Positions 31,368-41,736 of a DNA stretch of 64,000 bases are shown one piece after another (position 1 is the first letter of the stretch; each line of letters opens with the position of its first letter). The stretch is from Trueperaceae bacterium (GTDB lineage: Bacteria; Deinococcota; Deinococci; Deinococcales; Trueperaceae). The position numbers and the translations under genes were made by a program. The stretch lies in assembly GCA_965213705.1 (NCBI GenBank), contig OZ243913.1:4064001-4128000 (forward strand), in the 5' to 3' direction. The notes beneath the pieces are model-generated. The model was not told the origin of the DNA. It was given only the letters and a program-made list of their open reading frames with translations, and searched no databases.

Positions 31368-32321
31368 TTATACCCTTCTCGAGGCCGTCGGGTTCCAGTC
31401 GTAGCGAACCCCGGTGAGCTGTTCGGACACCTCCCACAGTTTTTTGGCATCCGCTTCGTTTTGTGCGGCTTTGCTCGAGCCTACCTTCTTCGGCTTTCCC
31501 GTCATTTCCATAAAATTGCTGGGGCCGTAACAGTCGCCGCCCTGCGCGTGCGCGTCGGTAGCTGCCCGCAGTATTGGTAGAGCGCCCGCCGCCGCGCTCT
31601 GCATCATGCCGAAGGTATTCATAAACCAAGAGGAAAAGCGCAGTTGGAAGTCGTCTTTGGCATCTCGAGCCAGGTTTGTTTTTGCCCCGCCGGGATGCGC
31701 CGCCACGGCTAACACATCTATATTTGCGGTCTCAAATCGACGCTGCAATTCGTAGGTGAAGAGCAAGTTGGCGAGTTTGGAACGACCATAAGCGGGTAGC
31801 GGCTTAAAACCCTTGCCGCCCTCGTACTGTAGATTGTCAAAATCCATCTTTCCCACCCGGTGTCCGTAACTGCTCACCGTCACCACCCGCGCGCCTGCGG
31901 TGGCTTTTAGAACCTCTAACAGCCATCCCGTCAGGGCGAAATGTCCGAGGTGGTTCACGCCGAACATCTTCTCGAAGCCGTCACTCGTCAACTCGTAGCG
32001 GGTGGTCGAAACGCCTGCGTTGTTGACAAGTATGTCGAGGCGGTCATGGCCGTGCGTAAAGGACGCCGCAAAGTTGTGGGCGGACTCGAGGCTGGCTAAG
32101 TCGAGCTGTATGACGACCGCGTCAGCGCTACCAAGCTCACGCTTTATCTCAGCTACTGCTCTTTTTGCCTTGTCCTGATCGCGGCACGCCAGGACGACTC
32201 GAGCCCCCTTGCGGGACAGTTCTTTGGCGGTTTCAAAACCGATGCCGCTGTTCGCGCCTGTGACGATGGCGACCTTGCCCGTTAAGTTAGGGATGTTTTC
32301 GGTTGACCATGTGTTGCTCAT
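31368..32321 (-). CDS. SDR oxidoreductase (retinol-dehydrogenase-like)
   Basis: TGANSGIG, NNAG, NHLGHF, YGRSK. Confidence 0.92.
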   Translation of the reverse strand: MSNTWSTENIPNLTGKVAIVTGANSGIGFETAKELSRKGARVVLACRDQDKAKRAVAEIKRELGSADAVVIQLDLASLESAHNFAASFTHGHDRLDILVNNAGVSTTRYELTSDGFEKMFGVNHLGHFALTGWLLEVLKATAGARVVTVSSYGHRVGKMDFDNLQYEGGKGFKPLPAYGRSKLANLLFTYELQRRFETANIDVLAVAAHPGGAKTNLARDAKDDFQLRFSSWFMNTFGMMQSAAAGALPILRAATDAHAQGGDCYGPSNFMEMTGKPKKVGSSKAAQNEADAKKLWEVSEQLTGVRYDWNPTASRRV

Positions 32322-32455
32322 CCGTTCGACCCTGTTTCCGCTTTAGCTAAGCTGGCAACGTCTGATGCGAACGTCCATGACCAAAGGGTGAACACGGACA
32401 GCCCGACAAAGCCGGTAAACAAACGGAGGATAAGGTTTATTGCTTTCTTTGCGGC

Positions 32456-33421
32456 TCACCTGCGTTGAGCCGTGAGCGTGTCTGCGGCTTGTCGGCTAAA
32501 GTCGTAGCGCACCCCCGTAAGCGCTTCGGAAACCTCCCAGAAACGCTTTCGGGCGTCGGCGTCGTAAGCGTCTTTATTGGCTTTCTTCTCGGCGGGGTAA
32601 CCTTTCAGGTTCAACGTCCTCGGTCCGTAAAAAGCGCCGCCCTCAGCCTCTTGCGCCGTTGCGCCGTAAAGCTGCGGGAGAACGCCCATGCTCACGTCCT
32701 GCCCCATGAGCGGTCCGGCGACGCGGTACAGGAAGCCCTCAACCCCCGTTCCCGACTGTTCGACGCTGTTGGCCTGTAAGTTGCCCATCACGAGACCGGG
32801 ATGAGACGAGTTGGCGATGGCGCTGTGCCCGGCTGCGCTCAGACGTTTTTGCAATTCAAAAGTGAAAAAGACGTTCGCCAGTTTGCTCTGGTTGTAGGCC
32901 GTCCAGCGACCGTAGTCCTTTTCGCCCATGAGGTCGTCGAAATCGATGCTGCCCATGTAGTTGGCGCTGCTGCTGACGGTGTGAACACGCGCGTTCGGCG
33001 TTTGGGTGATGACGCCCAGCAGCAAACCTGTAAGCGCAAAGTGCCCGAGGTGGTTCACGCCGAGTTGCGTCTCGAAGCCGTCAGGGGTTTCTCGGCGTGG
33101 GATAGCCATGACGCCGGCGTTGTTCAGGAGGATGTCCAGGCGGTCGTACCCGGCTTTGAACGCGTCGGCAAATTTGCGCACCGACTCGAGCCTGCCGACA
33201 TCGAGCTGCAGCAACGCTAAAGATGCCTCTGGAACTTCCCTCAAAATCTCTTCTTTGGCTGTTTCGCCTTTGGCTAAGTTACGAACGGCCATGACGACCG
33301 TTGCGCCTTTGCGGACCAGCGCTTTTGAAGACTCGAGCCCCAGACCGCCGTTCGCGCCGGTAACGACGACAACTTTGCCGGTCAAGTCAGGGATGTCTTT
33401 TTGGGTCCAGTTCCGGTTCAT
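32456..33421 (-). CDS. SDR oxidoreductase (retinol-dehydrogenase-like), tandem paralog
   Basis: TGANGGLG, NNAG, NHLGHF, YNQSK. Confidence 0.92.
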   Translation of the reverse strand: MNRNWTQKDIPDLTGKVVVVTGANGGLGLESSKALVRKGATVVMAVRNLAKGETAKEEILREVPEASLALLQLDVGRLESVRKFADAFKAGYDRLDILLNNAGVMAIPRRETPDGFETQLGVNHLGHFALTGLLLGVITQTPNARVHTVSSSANYMGSIDFDDLMGEKDYGRWTAYNQSKLANVFFTFELQKRLSAAGHSAIANSSHPGLVMGNLQANSVEQSGTGVEGFLYRVAGPLMGQDVSMGVLPQLYGATAQEAEGGAFYGPRTLNLKGYPAEKKANKDAYDADARKRFWEVSEALTGVRYDFSRQAADTLTAQRR

Positions 33422-33447
33422 TTTGCTCCTTTAGGGTGCTACTCGCA

Positions 33448-34467
33448 TTAGAAAAAAGCAGTCACGCCCAGGCGTAGCCCGTACACCGTAGCAAACTCGG
33501 TATGGTTGAAGGTCGGTCCAACCGTAAGCTGATAATCGCTCTCGCTGTGCGTGTAAAAAAGGCTGCCCGAAGCTTGCAGGGCGCTCGAGCCCTCCGAAAA
33601 ACTGTCTACCAAACCGAAGCTGGTGTTCAAGTCCAAGTTGCCCGCGTCGCCCACCGGCAAGCTGAGCTGTCCTAAGAGTTGCGGGTAAGGGTTCGCTAGG
33701 TTGAGAAACGCCCCTTCAAAGTCCAACTCCGTCTCTATCGCCGTGTCAAGCGGGTCAGCCGCGTAAGCTGCCTCCACCGTCCAGAGTAAATCATCCCAAA
33801 AGCCGCTCGCGCCCAACGCGCCGCGCCCGTCCCAGGGATTGCTCAACAGCCAAGCCTCACCGTAGACGACAATGTCGCCCAACAGACCGCTGCCGCCCAA
33901 GCCCGCCGCAAAGCCGTTCAGGTAGACAAGATGCGCCTCGAGGTCGAAACTACTGAACTCGCGCCGCACGCTCACCACGCCGCCGAGCTGGTCGTCCTGA
34001 GTGCGGTAAAGAAGGGCAGGGCGAACGCGCCAGTCCTCGAGATAAACATTGGCTCTCACGCCCAGCAAGCCCAGAGGTTGGCCCAGTCGGTTTACCGGCT
34101 CAACGCGAAACGGAACGCTGAGGCGGGCGGTCTCGAGCGGCAAGCGCTCCAAGCCCGCACTAAAGTCCACCGTGTCCAAACGGTAAAGCGCAAAGGCTTC
34201 GGTCAAACCAGGTTCGGTAAGAGCGCTGTCCAGCCCGGCGTTTGTCACACGCAGAGTTGGGTCGAGGATAAGGCGGAAATCTAAGGGCTCGATAGAATAG
34301 TCGGCCTCGAGATGCCCGCGCAAGCTGAGCCCAACCGCTTCGTTCAGCACTTGGTTTGTAGAGGCCAAAGAGAGGTCGGTGGAGACTTCGAGTTCGCCTC
34401 GGTAGCTGAGCTGAGCGAAGGAGAGAGACGTAGCAAGAAATGCGAACAGGATGAAAAGAGGTTTCAT
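33448..34467 (-). CDS. Secreted, probably outer-membrane beta-barrel protein
   Basis: Signal peptide, alternating beta pattern, C-terminal Phe. Confidence 0.65.
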   Translation of the reverse strand: MKPLFILFAFLATSLSFAQLSYRGELEVSTDLSLASTNQVLNEAVGLSLRGHLEADYSIEPLDFRLILDPTLRVTNAGLDSALTEPGLTEAFALYRLDTVDFSAGLERLPLETARLSVPFRVEPVNRLGQPLGLLGVRANVYLEDWRVRPALLYRTQDDQLGGVVSVRREFSSFDLEAHLVYLNGFAAGLGGSGLLGDIVVYGEAWLLSNPWDGRGALGASGFWDDLLWTVEAAYAADPLDTAIETELDFEGAFLNLANPYPQLLGQLSLPVGDAGNLDLNTSFGLVDSFSEGSSALQASGSLFYTHSESDYQLTVGPTFNHTEFATVYGLRLGVTAFF

Positions 34468-34513
34468 GATGGTTCCTCGAGAGCAAGGGTTAGAGCAGGC
34501 CCTTTAGCTTCCC

Positions 34514-35212
34514 TCAAGCAAGAACCGCCTCGCGCTCGCGCGCCCCGACAACCCGACCATCCTCTAAGTTGACGGTACGCTTCACGTGTTCCAACAGCCT
34601 CGGGTCGTGCGTCGAGAACACAAACGTGACGCCCCGCTCCTCGTTGAGGCGTTTCATCATCTCGATAAGGTCGCCCCCGGATTTGCTGTCTAAGTTCGCG
34701 GTGGGCTCGTCCGCCAAGATGATGTCGGGCTCGGCGGCGAAGGCGCGCGCCACCGCCACACGCTGCTGCTGCCCGCCCGAAAGCTGGTTAGGGCGGCGGT
34801 CTTTGAAGTCTTCCATGCCCAATGCTCGCAAAGATTCCAGCGCCCTCCTTTCACGCTCCTTTTTGTTGACGCCCTGGAGTTCCAAGACAAACGCCGCGTT
34901 TTCCAAAGCCGTCAACACCGGGATAAGGTTGTAAGCCTGGAATACGAAGCCCAACTTGTCGAGCCGCATCGCCGCGCCTTCCTTTTTGTCCAACTGGTCG
35001 ATGCGTTGGCCGTTTAAGTAGATTTCGCCTGAGGTCGGCTTGTCGAGGTCGCCCATGAGGTGCAGCAGCGTGCTCTTGCCTGAGCCGGACGGTCCGGCGA
35101 TGGCGGTGAATTCTCCCTTGTCGATGGTTAGGTCTACGCCTCTAAGCGCGTCGGTCTTAACATCACCGATTTGATAGGTTTTCTTGAGGTTCTTGACTTC
35201 GAAGAGGGGCAT
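34514..35212 (-). CDS. ABC ATPase (LolD/MacB-like)
   Basis: GPSGSGKS, 'GFVFQAYNL', LSGGQQQR, 'ADEPTANLD'; start at ATG 35212. Confidence 0.92.
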   Translation of the reverse strand: MPLFEVKNLKKTYQIGDVKTDALRGVDLTIDKGEFTAIAGPSGSGKSTLLHLMGDLDKPTSGEIYLNGQRIDQLDKKEGAAMRLDKLGFVFQAYNLIPVLTALENAAFVLELQGVNKKERERRALESLRALGMEDFKDRRPNQLSGGQQQRVAVARAFAAEPDIILADEPTANLDSKSGGDLIEMMKRLNEERGVTFVFSTHDPRLLEHVKRTVNLEDGRVVGAREREAVLA

Positions 35213-35247
35213 GTTGTTTTCCTTTCTGTAATGGGTTTTTACAAGCT

Positions 35248-36477
35248 TTACGCCGTATAACGCATCGCCTCGGCGGGCTCGATGTTGGCCGCCATTCGCG
35301 CGGGACCCAGGGCGGCGAAAAAGGCGGTGAGGACGGCGAAGCCCACCGCGAGCAGCACTTGCCACGGTTCGATGGAGAGGTAGAAGACATTGGGCAGGCC
35401 GACTTCCGCCAGCATCTCTTCGGCGTAACCGGGCATGGCAAAACCACTCGAGCCGAGCCAGACAAGCGGTAGGCCAATGGCAAGTCCTAATGCAGCACCT
35501 GAGAGGCACAGCAACACACTCTCCAACGTCACCATACCCAAGACCCTGCGCGCCCCGGCACCCAAACTGAGGATGACGCCGAACTCGCGCACGCGCTCCA
35601 GGGTGCTCAAGTAAACCGTGTTGAGCACCAGCAGCCCCGCCAGCACGAAAAAGATGAGCGACATGACGAGCAGCACGGGCGTGAAGAACTGGACCAACGT
35701 CGCTAAACTCGGGTCAATCTCCCGCCAGCCTTCTACTGTTAAGTTTTCGGGCAGGGCGCTTCTAAGGGCGGCGACTTCGCTTGCTGTTTGTGCGTCCTCA
35801 TCTAGGGTGTTGACGTTTGCGAAGTGAAGCTCGAGCCGACTCACCGCGTCGGGCGCGGCGAGTTCTTGCGCGGCGGCGAGCGAGAGGTACGCCGCGTTGA
35901 TTTCGCGGTTGGGATCGTCGAAGTCTAAAAGCCCTTCGACGGTGTAAGCCGCCGCGCCGTAGCCTTCGGTGCCGGGGGCGTAGACGTACACGTCGTCGCC
36001 TAGACCGACTTCCAACGCCGTCGCCAAAGACCGACCCAGCATGATGCCCGTGATGTTGTCACCCTCGACGAATGTACCTTCCGCGAGGTAATCGTTGACA
36101 AAGTCCTCTTTGAGCAGGTCGGGCCAATCCTGACCCTGTACGGCTAAACCCCTCGAGCGGTCTTCGCCTGCTACCAGCCCAGGGACTTGCAACGAGCCAA
36201 CCGTCACCGCGTCCGGGAGGGTCTGCGCCACCGCCTCTCTCACTTCTGCGGCGTTCTCAAGCAGTCCAGCTCCAAAGTTCCGCGCGTCCCGGTAGCCTGC
36301 GGTGTGAATCTGCACGTTGCCAACCTGCTTGGTCAGGTCCCCGTACATGCCGTTCGTGAGCGCGCCGCCGAAGCTGTAGATGAGGATGGCAAAGAGCACC
36401 ACGAGGGCGACGGCCAGGATGGAAATGAGGCTGCGCCGGCCCTGCCGCCACAGGTTGCGCCAGGCTAAAGCTATCAT
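35248..36477 (-). CDS. ABC permease, FtsX/LolC-E family
   Basis: 'LAWRNLWR', 'ERVREFG', 'PAEAMR'. Confidence 0.9.
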   Translation of the reverse strand: MIALAWRNLWRQGRRSLISILAVALVVLFAILIYSFGGALTNGMYGDLTKQVGNVQIHTAGYRDARNFGAGLLENAAEVREAVAQTLPDAVTVGSLQVPGLVAGEDRSRGLAVQGQDWPDLLKEDFVNDYLAEGTFVEGDNITGIMLGRSLATALEVGLGDDVYVYAPGTEGYGAAAYTVEGLLDFDDPNREINAAYLSLAAAQELAAPDAVSRLELHFANVNTLDEDAQTASEVAALRSALPENLTVEGWREIDPSLATLVQFFTPVLLVMSLIFFVLAGLLVLNTVYLSTLERVREFGVILSLGAGARRVLGMVTLESVLLCLSGAALGLAIGLPLVWLGSSGFAMPGYAEEMLAEVGLPNVFYLSIEPWQVLLAVGFAVLTAFFAALGPARMAANIEPAEAMRYTA

Positions 36478-37214
36478 TCGCACGCCCCCTCACGTTCTAA
36501 CGTGTTCTGCGTAAAGCACGCTTCAGGAATGTCCACACCGAAGTCGGCGTCTTGCCAGGTGACGACGGTTCTGTGGCCCTCCTCGAGCAAATCTTTAACT
36601 TCAAAGCGTTGCGGAATATAGAGGCCGTCTACTTCGGCGTAATCCGACAGGATGTTTTCTTTCACCGCCGTGTCGCGCTGGTCGAAGTAGGTGATGACGG
36701 TAGGTGCGTAAGAGGGTTTTTCGGCGGTCAGGTGAATCTTGCCGTAAGGGGTCGGAGCGTTCGGGTTGGGGACAAGCTCCAAGGTGACACTCTCGTCCGT
36801 CTCCTCTAAAACGCTTGATTGATAATTTTCTTGTAGGTCGTCTCCAGCGAGGTCATTGTACGAGATGTCCGAGCCCAAAAACGAGTCGCTTTGACCGCTC
36901 GGCGGCAACCGGAGCACGCGCTTTAAGCGGGGGTTGTAGATAAAAACATTGTCGCCGTCGTTTAAAAAAGCTTGCCCGGCGTCGCGGGGCGGGGCGACAA
37001 CGCGCGTGAGTCCTTTGTCTTCGCCTTCGCTGTAGATGCGCATGGTGTAGGTGTCTTTTTCGTCGGGGCGAATCACCTCCATGTTCAACGTCGCCACCTG
37101 CGACTCGCCGCGCAAGTTACTCACAATGGTGTCTAAGATGCTCGCCGCGTCCTCTTGGGCACTGGCGAAGCCCAAGCTAAGCAAAACGGTTAGGGTGATT
37201 AGAAGGCTTTTCAT
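36474..37214 (-). CDS. Outer-membrane lipoprotein-sorting (LolA-like) protein
   Basis: Signal peptide; 'SFLGSDISYND' motif. Confidence 0.85.
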   Translation of the reverse strand: MKSLLITLTVLLSLGFASAQEDAASILDTIVSNLRGESQVATLNMEVIRPDEKDTYTMRIYSEGEDKGLTRVVAPPRDAGQAFLNDGDNVFIYNPRLKRVLRLPPSGQSDSFLGSDISYNDLAGDDLQENYQSSVLEETDESVTLELVPNPNAPTPYGKIHLTAEKPSYAPTVITYFDQRDTAVKENILSDYAEVDGLYIPQRFEVKDLLEEGHRTVVTWQDADFGVDIPEACFTQNTLEREGACE

Positions 37215-37232
37215 GGGAATTCCTTTCCGAAA

Positions 37233-38459
37233 TTAGCTCGCCCGCATCGCCTCGGCGGGGTTGAGGTTGCGCACGCGCCTGCCGGGCACGACGATGGCGA
37301 GTACGGCGGCAATAAGGATGGTGATGGCGGCCCAGGCGAGGTAGGTCAGGCTCGAGGCCAGCACAAACTCATCGCTCAGCGCTAAGCCCGACAGGTAAGC
37401 GCCGTAAAAGGTGTTGATAAAGGGTCCTAAAAGGTTGGTTGCAGACGCGAGTGCGCTCAGGCCGAACCCGAGCACCGCGCCCGCGGCAAAACCGATAAAG
37501 GTGGTGTAGACGGCCTCGAGCGTCACCATCCGCGCCAGTTGCCCCTGGCTGAGCCCGAGCGATGTGATGACGCCGAACTCCCTGGTACGCTCAATGACGC
37601 TGACAATCACGGTGCTCATCACAGTTACCGCGGCGAAGAGGGCGATTATCAGGACAATTGGAATCATCGAAGTGCGTTTGCCCTCGATGCCCGCCATGAT
37701 GCCGCCCAGCAGTTCCGAAATCGGGTAAGCCGCCACGCCTTGCGGCAAGACTGAGGCCGCGTTAAGGGCTTCGGCCACCCCTTCCTCGTCGCCCTGCCGC
37801 ACGTCGAGCGCCACGCCCGTGGCGGTATCTACACCCGTGAGCGTTCTGGCATCCGTTAAGTGAACCAGCACCACACCTTCGTCTACGGGGTTGATGTTGC
37901 TGTCGATGATGCCCACGACTTGCAGCCCCGCGCCCTGCGAGCCGCCCACGGACTGCACGTCGAGCGCCAGGCGTTCGCCCACCCGCACGTCCAAATCTTC
38001 GGCGAGAACTTTACCCAGAACGAGTTCGCTCTCGTTCTCGACCATGCGCCCCTCGCCAATGTCGCCGCCGATGTCACTGACTTGTGGCTCTAAACTCGGG
38101 TCGATGCCGCGAACTTGCGCGCCCAAGGTGCGGTAAGGGGAACGCAACAGGGCCTGGAACTCGAGCCTCGGCGCAAACCCCCTTACGCCCTCGACCCCTG
38201 TGAGCGCGTCTTCAAAATCCAGGGTCGGCAGGCTGTTCTCCGGGTCGGGGTCGGTGCGATACGCTTCGGTCTGCACCATCACCGGGGCGCTGAGGTAACG
38301 CGCCTGACCGCCTAACAAGACGTTGACAAAGCCGTCATAAAAGCCCCAGAAGAAGATGATGGCGACCGTTGCGTAGGCCACTACCGCCAAGAGAAGCTGC
38401 GTGCGGCGCTTGTGCCGCCACAGGTTGCGCCAAGCGAGTTTGGAAATGGAGGTAGTCAT
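37233..38459 (-). CDS. ABC permease, FtsX/LolC-E family
   Basis: 'LAWRNLWRH', 'ERTREFG', 'PAEAMR'. Confidence 0.9.
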   Translation of the reverse strand: MTTSISKLAWRNLWRHKRRTQLLLAVVAYATVAIIFFWGFYDGFVNVLLGGQARYLSAPVMVQTEAYRTDPDPENSLPTLDFEDALTGVEGVRGFAPRLEFQALLRSPYRTLGAQVRGIDPSLEPQVSDIGGDIGEGRMVENESELVLGKVLAEDLDVRVGERLALDVQSVGGSQGAGLQVVGIIDSNINPVDEGVVLVHLTDARTLTGVDTATGVALDVRQGDEEGVAEALNAASVLPQGVAAYPISELLGGIMAGIEGKRTSMIPIVLIIALFAAVTVMSTVIVSVIERTREFGVITSLGLSQGQLARMVTLEAVYTTFIGFAAGAVLGFGLSALASATNLLGPFINTFYGAYLSGLALSDEFVLASSLTYLAWAAITILIAAVLAIVVPGRRVRNLNPAEAMRAS

Positions 38460-38565
38460 CCCTTTCTCCTTTCAAAAAATACAGAAACCGCTGACTTTCT
38501 TCTCAAAAAATCTTCGTCGAAGGAAGTCGCTATAAACAAGGCCGCGAGGCCACCTGTAAGGGTCG

Positions 38566-39042
38566 TCATGCCGGAATCAACTCCTCTGACACTTTCAGCG
38601 CGTCCCAGCGCTCGAACACGCTCGGGAACTCGCGCTCGACAAAGCTGTAAAAGTCGCGCATCTCCTCGAGCCCACGTTTCACCTCGGGGTCGCTAGAGTC
38701 GAGCAGCCCCAAGCCGCGCTCCGCCAGTTCCCGGTACAGCCTCGCTTCCTCTAAACCCCGCCTCGTCATCTCCACCCAGGCCCCCGGCTTGTTGCGAAAA
38801 TAACTGCGCCGCTCGCCAGGTTTCGAGATGCGCTCGATAAAACCGAGTTGAATAAGGTAGCGCGTGGAGGTGCTAATGGAGCCCCGGCTGGCTTGCAAGG
38901 TCGCGGCCAGTTCATCGGCGGACTGTTCAGCGGGGTCGGCCACAAGGAGCGCGCCCAGCACGCGCCCGGACATGCGCGTCATGCCGCTCTGCTCGAGCTT
39001 TAAGCCGACTTCCTCGATATACTTTTCCTTGGCCTTGCTCAA
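38566..39042 (-). CDS. GbsR/MarR-family transcriptional regulator
   Basis: 'GMTRMSGRVLGALL...SRGSIST...PGERRSYF'; TTTCA-N8-[TA]GAAA sites at about 38470 and 39077. Confidence 0.88.
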   Translation of the reverse strand: MSKAKEKYIEEVGLKLEQSGMTRMSGRVLGALLVADPAEQSADELAATLQASRGSISTSTRYLIQLGFIERISKPGERRSYFRNKPGAWVEMTRRGLEEARLYRELAERGLGLLDSSDPEVKRGLEEMRDFYSFVEREFPSVFERWDALKVSEELIPA

Positions 39043-39180
39043 AAGACACCTCCTGTGCGTGACGAAGATTTGGAACTTTCAAGACTTACTGAAATCAACT
39101 TACAGTAGAAATATAAAGATTCTGCAAAGATAGGCCGTGGTGCGCGTTGCTGAAGGGGCTAAAAGGATGTGTCAAGGCGC

Positions 39181-39350
39181 TCAGCGTCCCATTCGCTGTT
39201 GCCAGCGAAACAGCCGCGCCGCCAACACGCCACCGACGACCAAAATGCCAAGAAAAGTTCAGACCGACAGCGCAGGCCAACCCTCCCCAAACGACAACGA
39301 CTGCGTCACCACGGGTGTCAGCATCAACGGCGGCAAAATCCCCGTATTGC
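39181..39350 (-). pseudogene. Remnant resembling the C-terminus of an ABC-2 permease
   Basis: Frame reads ...GEGWPALSV*TFLGILVVGGVLAARLFRWQQRMGR*, with an internal stop at 39259. Confidence 0.45.
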
Positions 39351-39538
39351 TCGGTCAGATGACGCACAGAGCCAACGGGTGACGACTTATCCTGGAAATC
39401 TCGTGTTATGTATGGGTTCCCTGAGTCTTGCCAAATCCTATAGACGTCGACATTCTCGCTTTTTGCGATTTCAGTAACGAACCTGGACTACGCGCACCCC
39501 TCCAGCACAAAGCCCCCCGTGCCCAGGGGTGCGGATGT

Positions 39539-39742
39539 TTAGCTTTTTCGAGCCTGCACGCACCCAATAACGCTATCTAAAAAGGCACCCGTAGCTGCAC
39601 CAATGCCAGCACCAGCACCCGCGCCAAGACCTGTAAGCCAGCCAACGAGCGCTCCAGCTCCAAGACCAGAACCAATGCCTGCGCCCATACTGGCACCAGA
39701 ACCGGCCCACCTACCTGCATGAGACGTGTTATTTGCATTCAT
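39539..39742 (-). CDS. Small glycine-zipper peptide
   Basis: Strong AAGGAG RBS; GxxxG/GAG repeats over 67 aa. Confidence 0.65.
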   Translation of the reverse strand: MNANNTSHAGRWAGSGASMGAGIGSGLGAGALVGWLTGLGAGAGAGIGAATGAFLDSVIGCVQARKS

Positions 39743-39833
39743 CTGTTCTCTCCTTTTCTGCCCTTGTGTTAGGGCGCGGCACGTTTTAATTGCGCTTAGT
39801 AGCTTCAGTTTATTGAAAAATCATCAAGAATCA

Positions 39834-39868
39834 GGCAAGCCTTTATCAAAATTTGATAAAGGCTTGCC
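39834..39868. repeat. Perfect 17-bp inverted repeat (terminator or operator)
   Basis: GGCAAGCCTTTATCAAA-A-TTTGATAAAGGCTTGCC. Confidence 0.75.
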
Positions 39869-39979
39869 GTGCGTACTGAGATTTAACGGTCGAGTTTTTA
39901 CATCCGGCGAGCTTGGCTTAGCATCGTCCGACGTGGCTCGAGCAACCGGGTCGTCAGGCTGTCTGCCTGCGTCAACGCG

Positions 39980-40744
39980 CTAAGCGGCTTGCCACCCTCC
40001 GTCCGCCGGGATAGCGGCACCGTTAATCAGCTTAGACTCGTCTGAGGCTAGAAAGAGGGCCAAGTCGGCGATGTCGGTGGGCTCGAGCATTGCCGGCATG
40101 ACGGCTTGGTACTTCTGCAAGCGCTCGGACGCGAACGGGTCGAGCTTGCTCATGTCGGCTTCACCCATGATGTTGGTTCTGACCCCACCTGCGACGATGC
40201 AGTTGCAGCGAATGCCTTTGGTCGCGTAGATATAGGCGGTGCTGCGAGTCAAGCCCACGACGGCGTGTTTCGACACGGTATAAGCCGCCCCCGCTGCGCC
40301 CCCGCCGACCCCGGCGGCCGACGCCGTGTTGATAATCGAGCCGCCGCCGTGTTGGGCCATATATTGCACGGCCTTGCGGCTGGCGTACATGGGGCCGTCC
40401 ACGTTGATGCTCATGACGCGCTCCCACAGCTCATCACTCAGTTCACCGACGCCGTGCATCAAATCCATGACGCCCGCGTTGTTGCACAGGATGTCGAGTT
40501 TACCGTAGGTTGACAGGGCGGTTTCAATCAGCCGTTCGGCGTCCTCCTTGATCGATACATCGCCCTGCACACCGGTAATCTCACCCTTCGCCGTCCCAAC
40601 CTCGTCAACAACCGCGGCAAGCGTGTCTTGTTTCCAATCGCCTGCGACGACCCGAGCGCCTTCTTTGGCGAAAAGGTGCGCCATCGCGCGACCCATGCCG
40701 GAACCTGCGCCCGTTATGACGGCTACCTTACCTGAAAGTCTCAT
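39980..40744 (-). CDS. Classical SDR oxidoreductase
   Basis: [20 protein letters not shown]. Confidence 0.92.
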   Translation of the reverse strand: MRLSGKVAVITGAGSGMGRAMAHLFAKEGARVVAGDWKQDTLAAVVDEVGTAKGEITGVQGDVSIKEDAERLIETALSTYGKLDILCNNAGVMDLMHGVGELSDELWERVMSINVDGPMYASRKAVQYMAQHGGGSIINTASAAGVGGGAAGAAYTVSKHAVVGLTRSTAYIYATKGIRCNCIVAGGVRTNIMGEADMSKLDPFASERLQKYQAVMPAMLEPTDIADLALFLASDESKLINGAAIPADGGWQAA

Positions 40745-40807
40745 GCTGTTTCTCCTTTGCTGGAATGTGTTTAGGTTTCATAAATGGCTTTGCTGTGTAC
40801 CCTAACT

Positions 40808-41713
40808 TTACACCACCCCGCTCGTCAGCGCCAAAAAAGCGTCGATGGCCGCCGTAACTGCTGCCGGTTTTTCCAAATGGGGCGCGTGTCCAGCGCCCAT
40901 AATCCACTGCAAACGGGCAGCGGAAAAGCGGTCGGTTGCCCCGGCAAAAGCTCGCGAGGGTTGTGTGAAATCCATGTCGCCCTGCAACAGCAAAACGGGC
41001 ATTATCATTCGAGAAAAACGTTCTTGCTGTTGAGCCACACTGACTAAAGCGAGCGCTCGAGCGTAGCGCGGCACCGCTGCGGCCACCCCCGGACGCGAAA
41101 ACGCCGCGACGAGCCGCCGGTAGTCCTCCGGCTGAACCGGCTCTTGAGTTCTAGCGCCGTAATGCTCGCGCAGAAAGTCTTCAGGGTCGGTCAGCAAGAG
41201 CGGGGCCAGCGCGGGGTCGCCCAGAATCGACAGCGCCGTGTGAAAAAAGGGCTCGAGCCGCGCGACGGGCAACTGCATTCGGACGTAGCTCAGCACCCGG
41301 TTCGGCACGCTACCGGCTACCACGTCGCCGATGACGCTGCCGAGTTCATAAGTGACGAGGTGAAACCGCTCGAGTCCAATGTTGCCGAGCAGCCGCATGA
41401 TTTCCGCGGCGACACCTTCGGGTGAGTAGTCGCCGTCGTTTTTGTGAGACTGTCCGAACCCTTTGAGGTCGAGCGCGATGACGTGGTAATCGGCTGAAAG
41501 TGCCTCGAGTTGGTGATGCCAGGCGTACCAGTATTCCGGGAAACCGTGGAGGAAAACGACAGCTTCGCCCGCGCCCGCCTCGACGTAGTGCCAGCGCTCA
41601 CCCTCGACCTCGGCAAAGTGATGCTCGAAAAAGATGTTGTGGACTGAACTGCTTACCGGCAACTTGAGCGCAGAAGCTCCAGCACCTAACGACTTATTCA
41701 TTTCGGCCTCCAC
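40808..41713 (-). CDS. Epoxide-hydrolase-like alpha/beta hydrolase
   Basis: HGFPE, 'DLKGFGQS', 'GAGHAPHLEKP'. Confidence 0.85.
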   Translation of the reverse strand: MEAEMNKSLGAGASALKLPVSSSVHNIFFEHHFAEVEGERWHYVEAGAGEAVVFLHGFPEYWYAWHHQLEALSADYHVIALDLKGFGQSHKNDGDYSPEGVAAEIMRLLGNIGLERFHLVTYELGSVIGDVVAGSVPNRVLSYVRMQLPVARLEPFFHTALSILGDPALAPLLLTDPEDFLREHYGARTQEPVQPEDYRRLVAAFSRPGVAAAVPRYARALALVSVAQQQERFSRMIMPVLLLQGDMDFTQPSRAFAGATDRFSAARLQWIMGAGHAPHLEKPAAVTAAIDAFLALTSGVV

Positions 41714-41736
41714 CTAAAGCATGGAGAACGTCTGCA

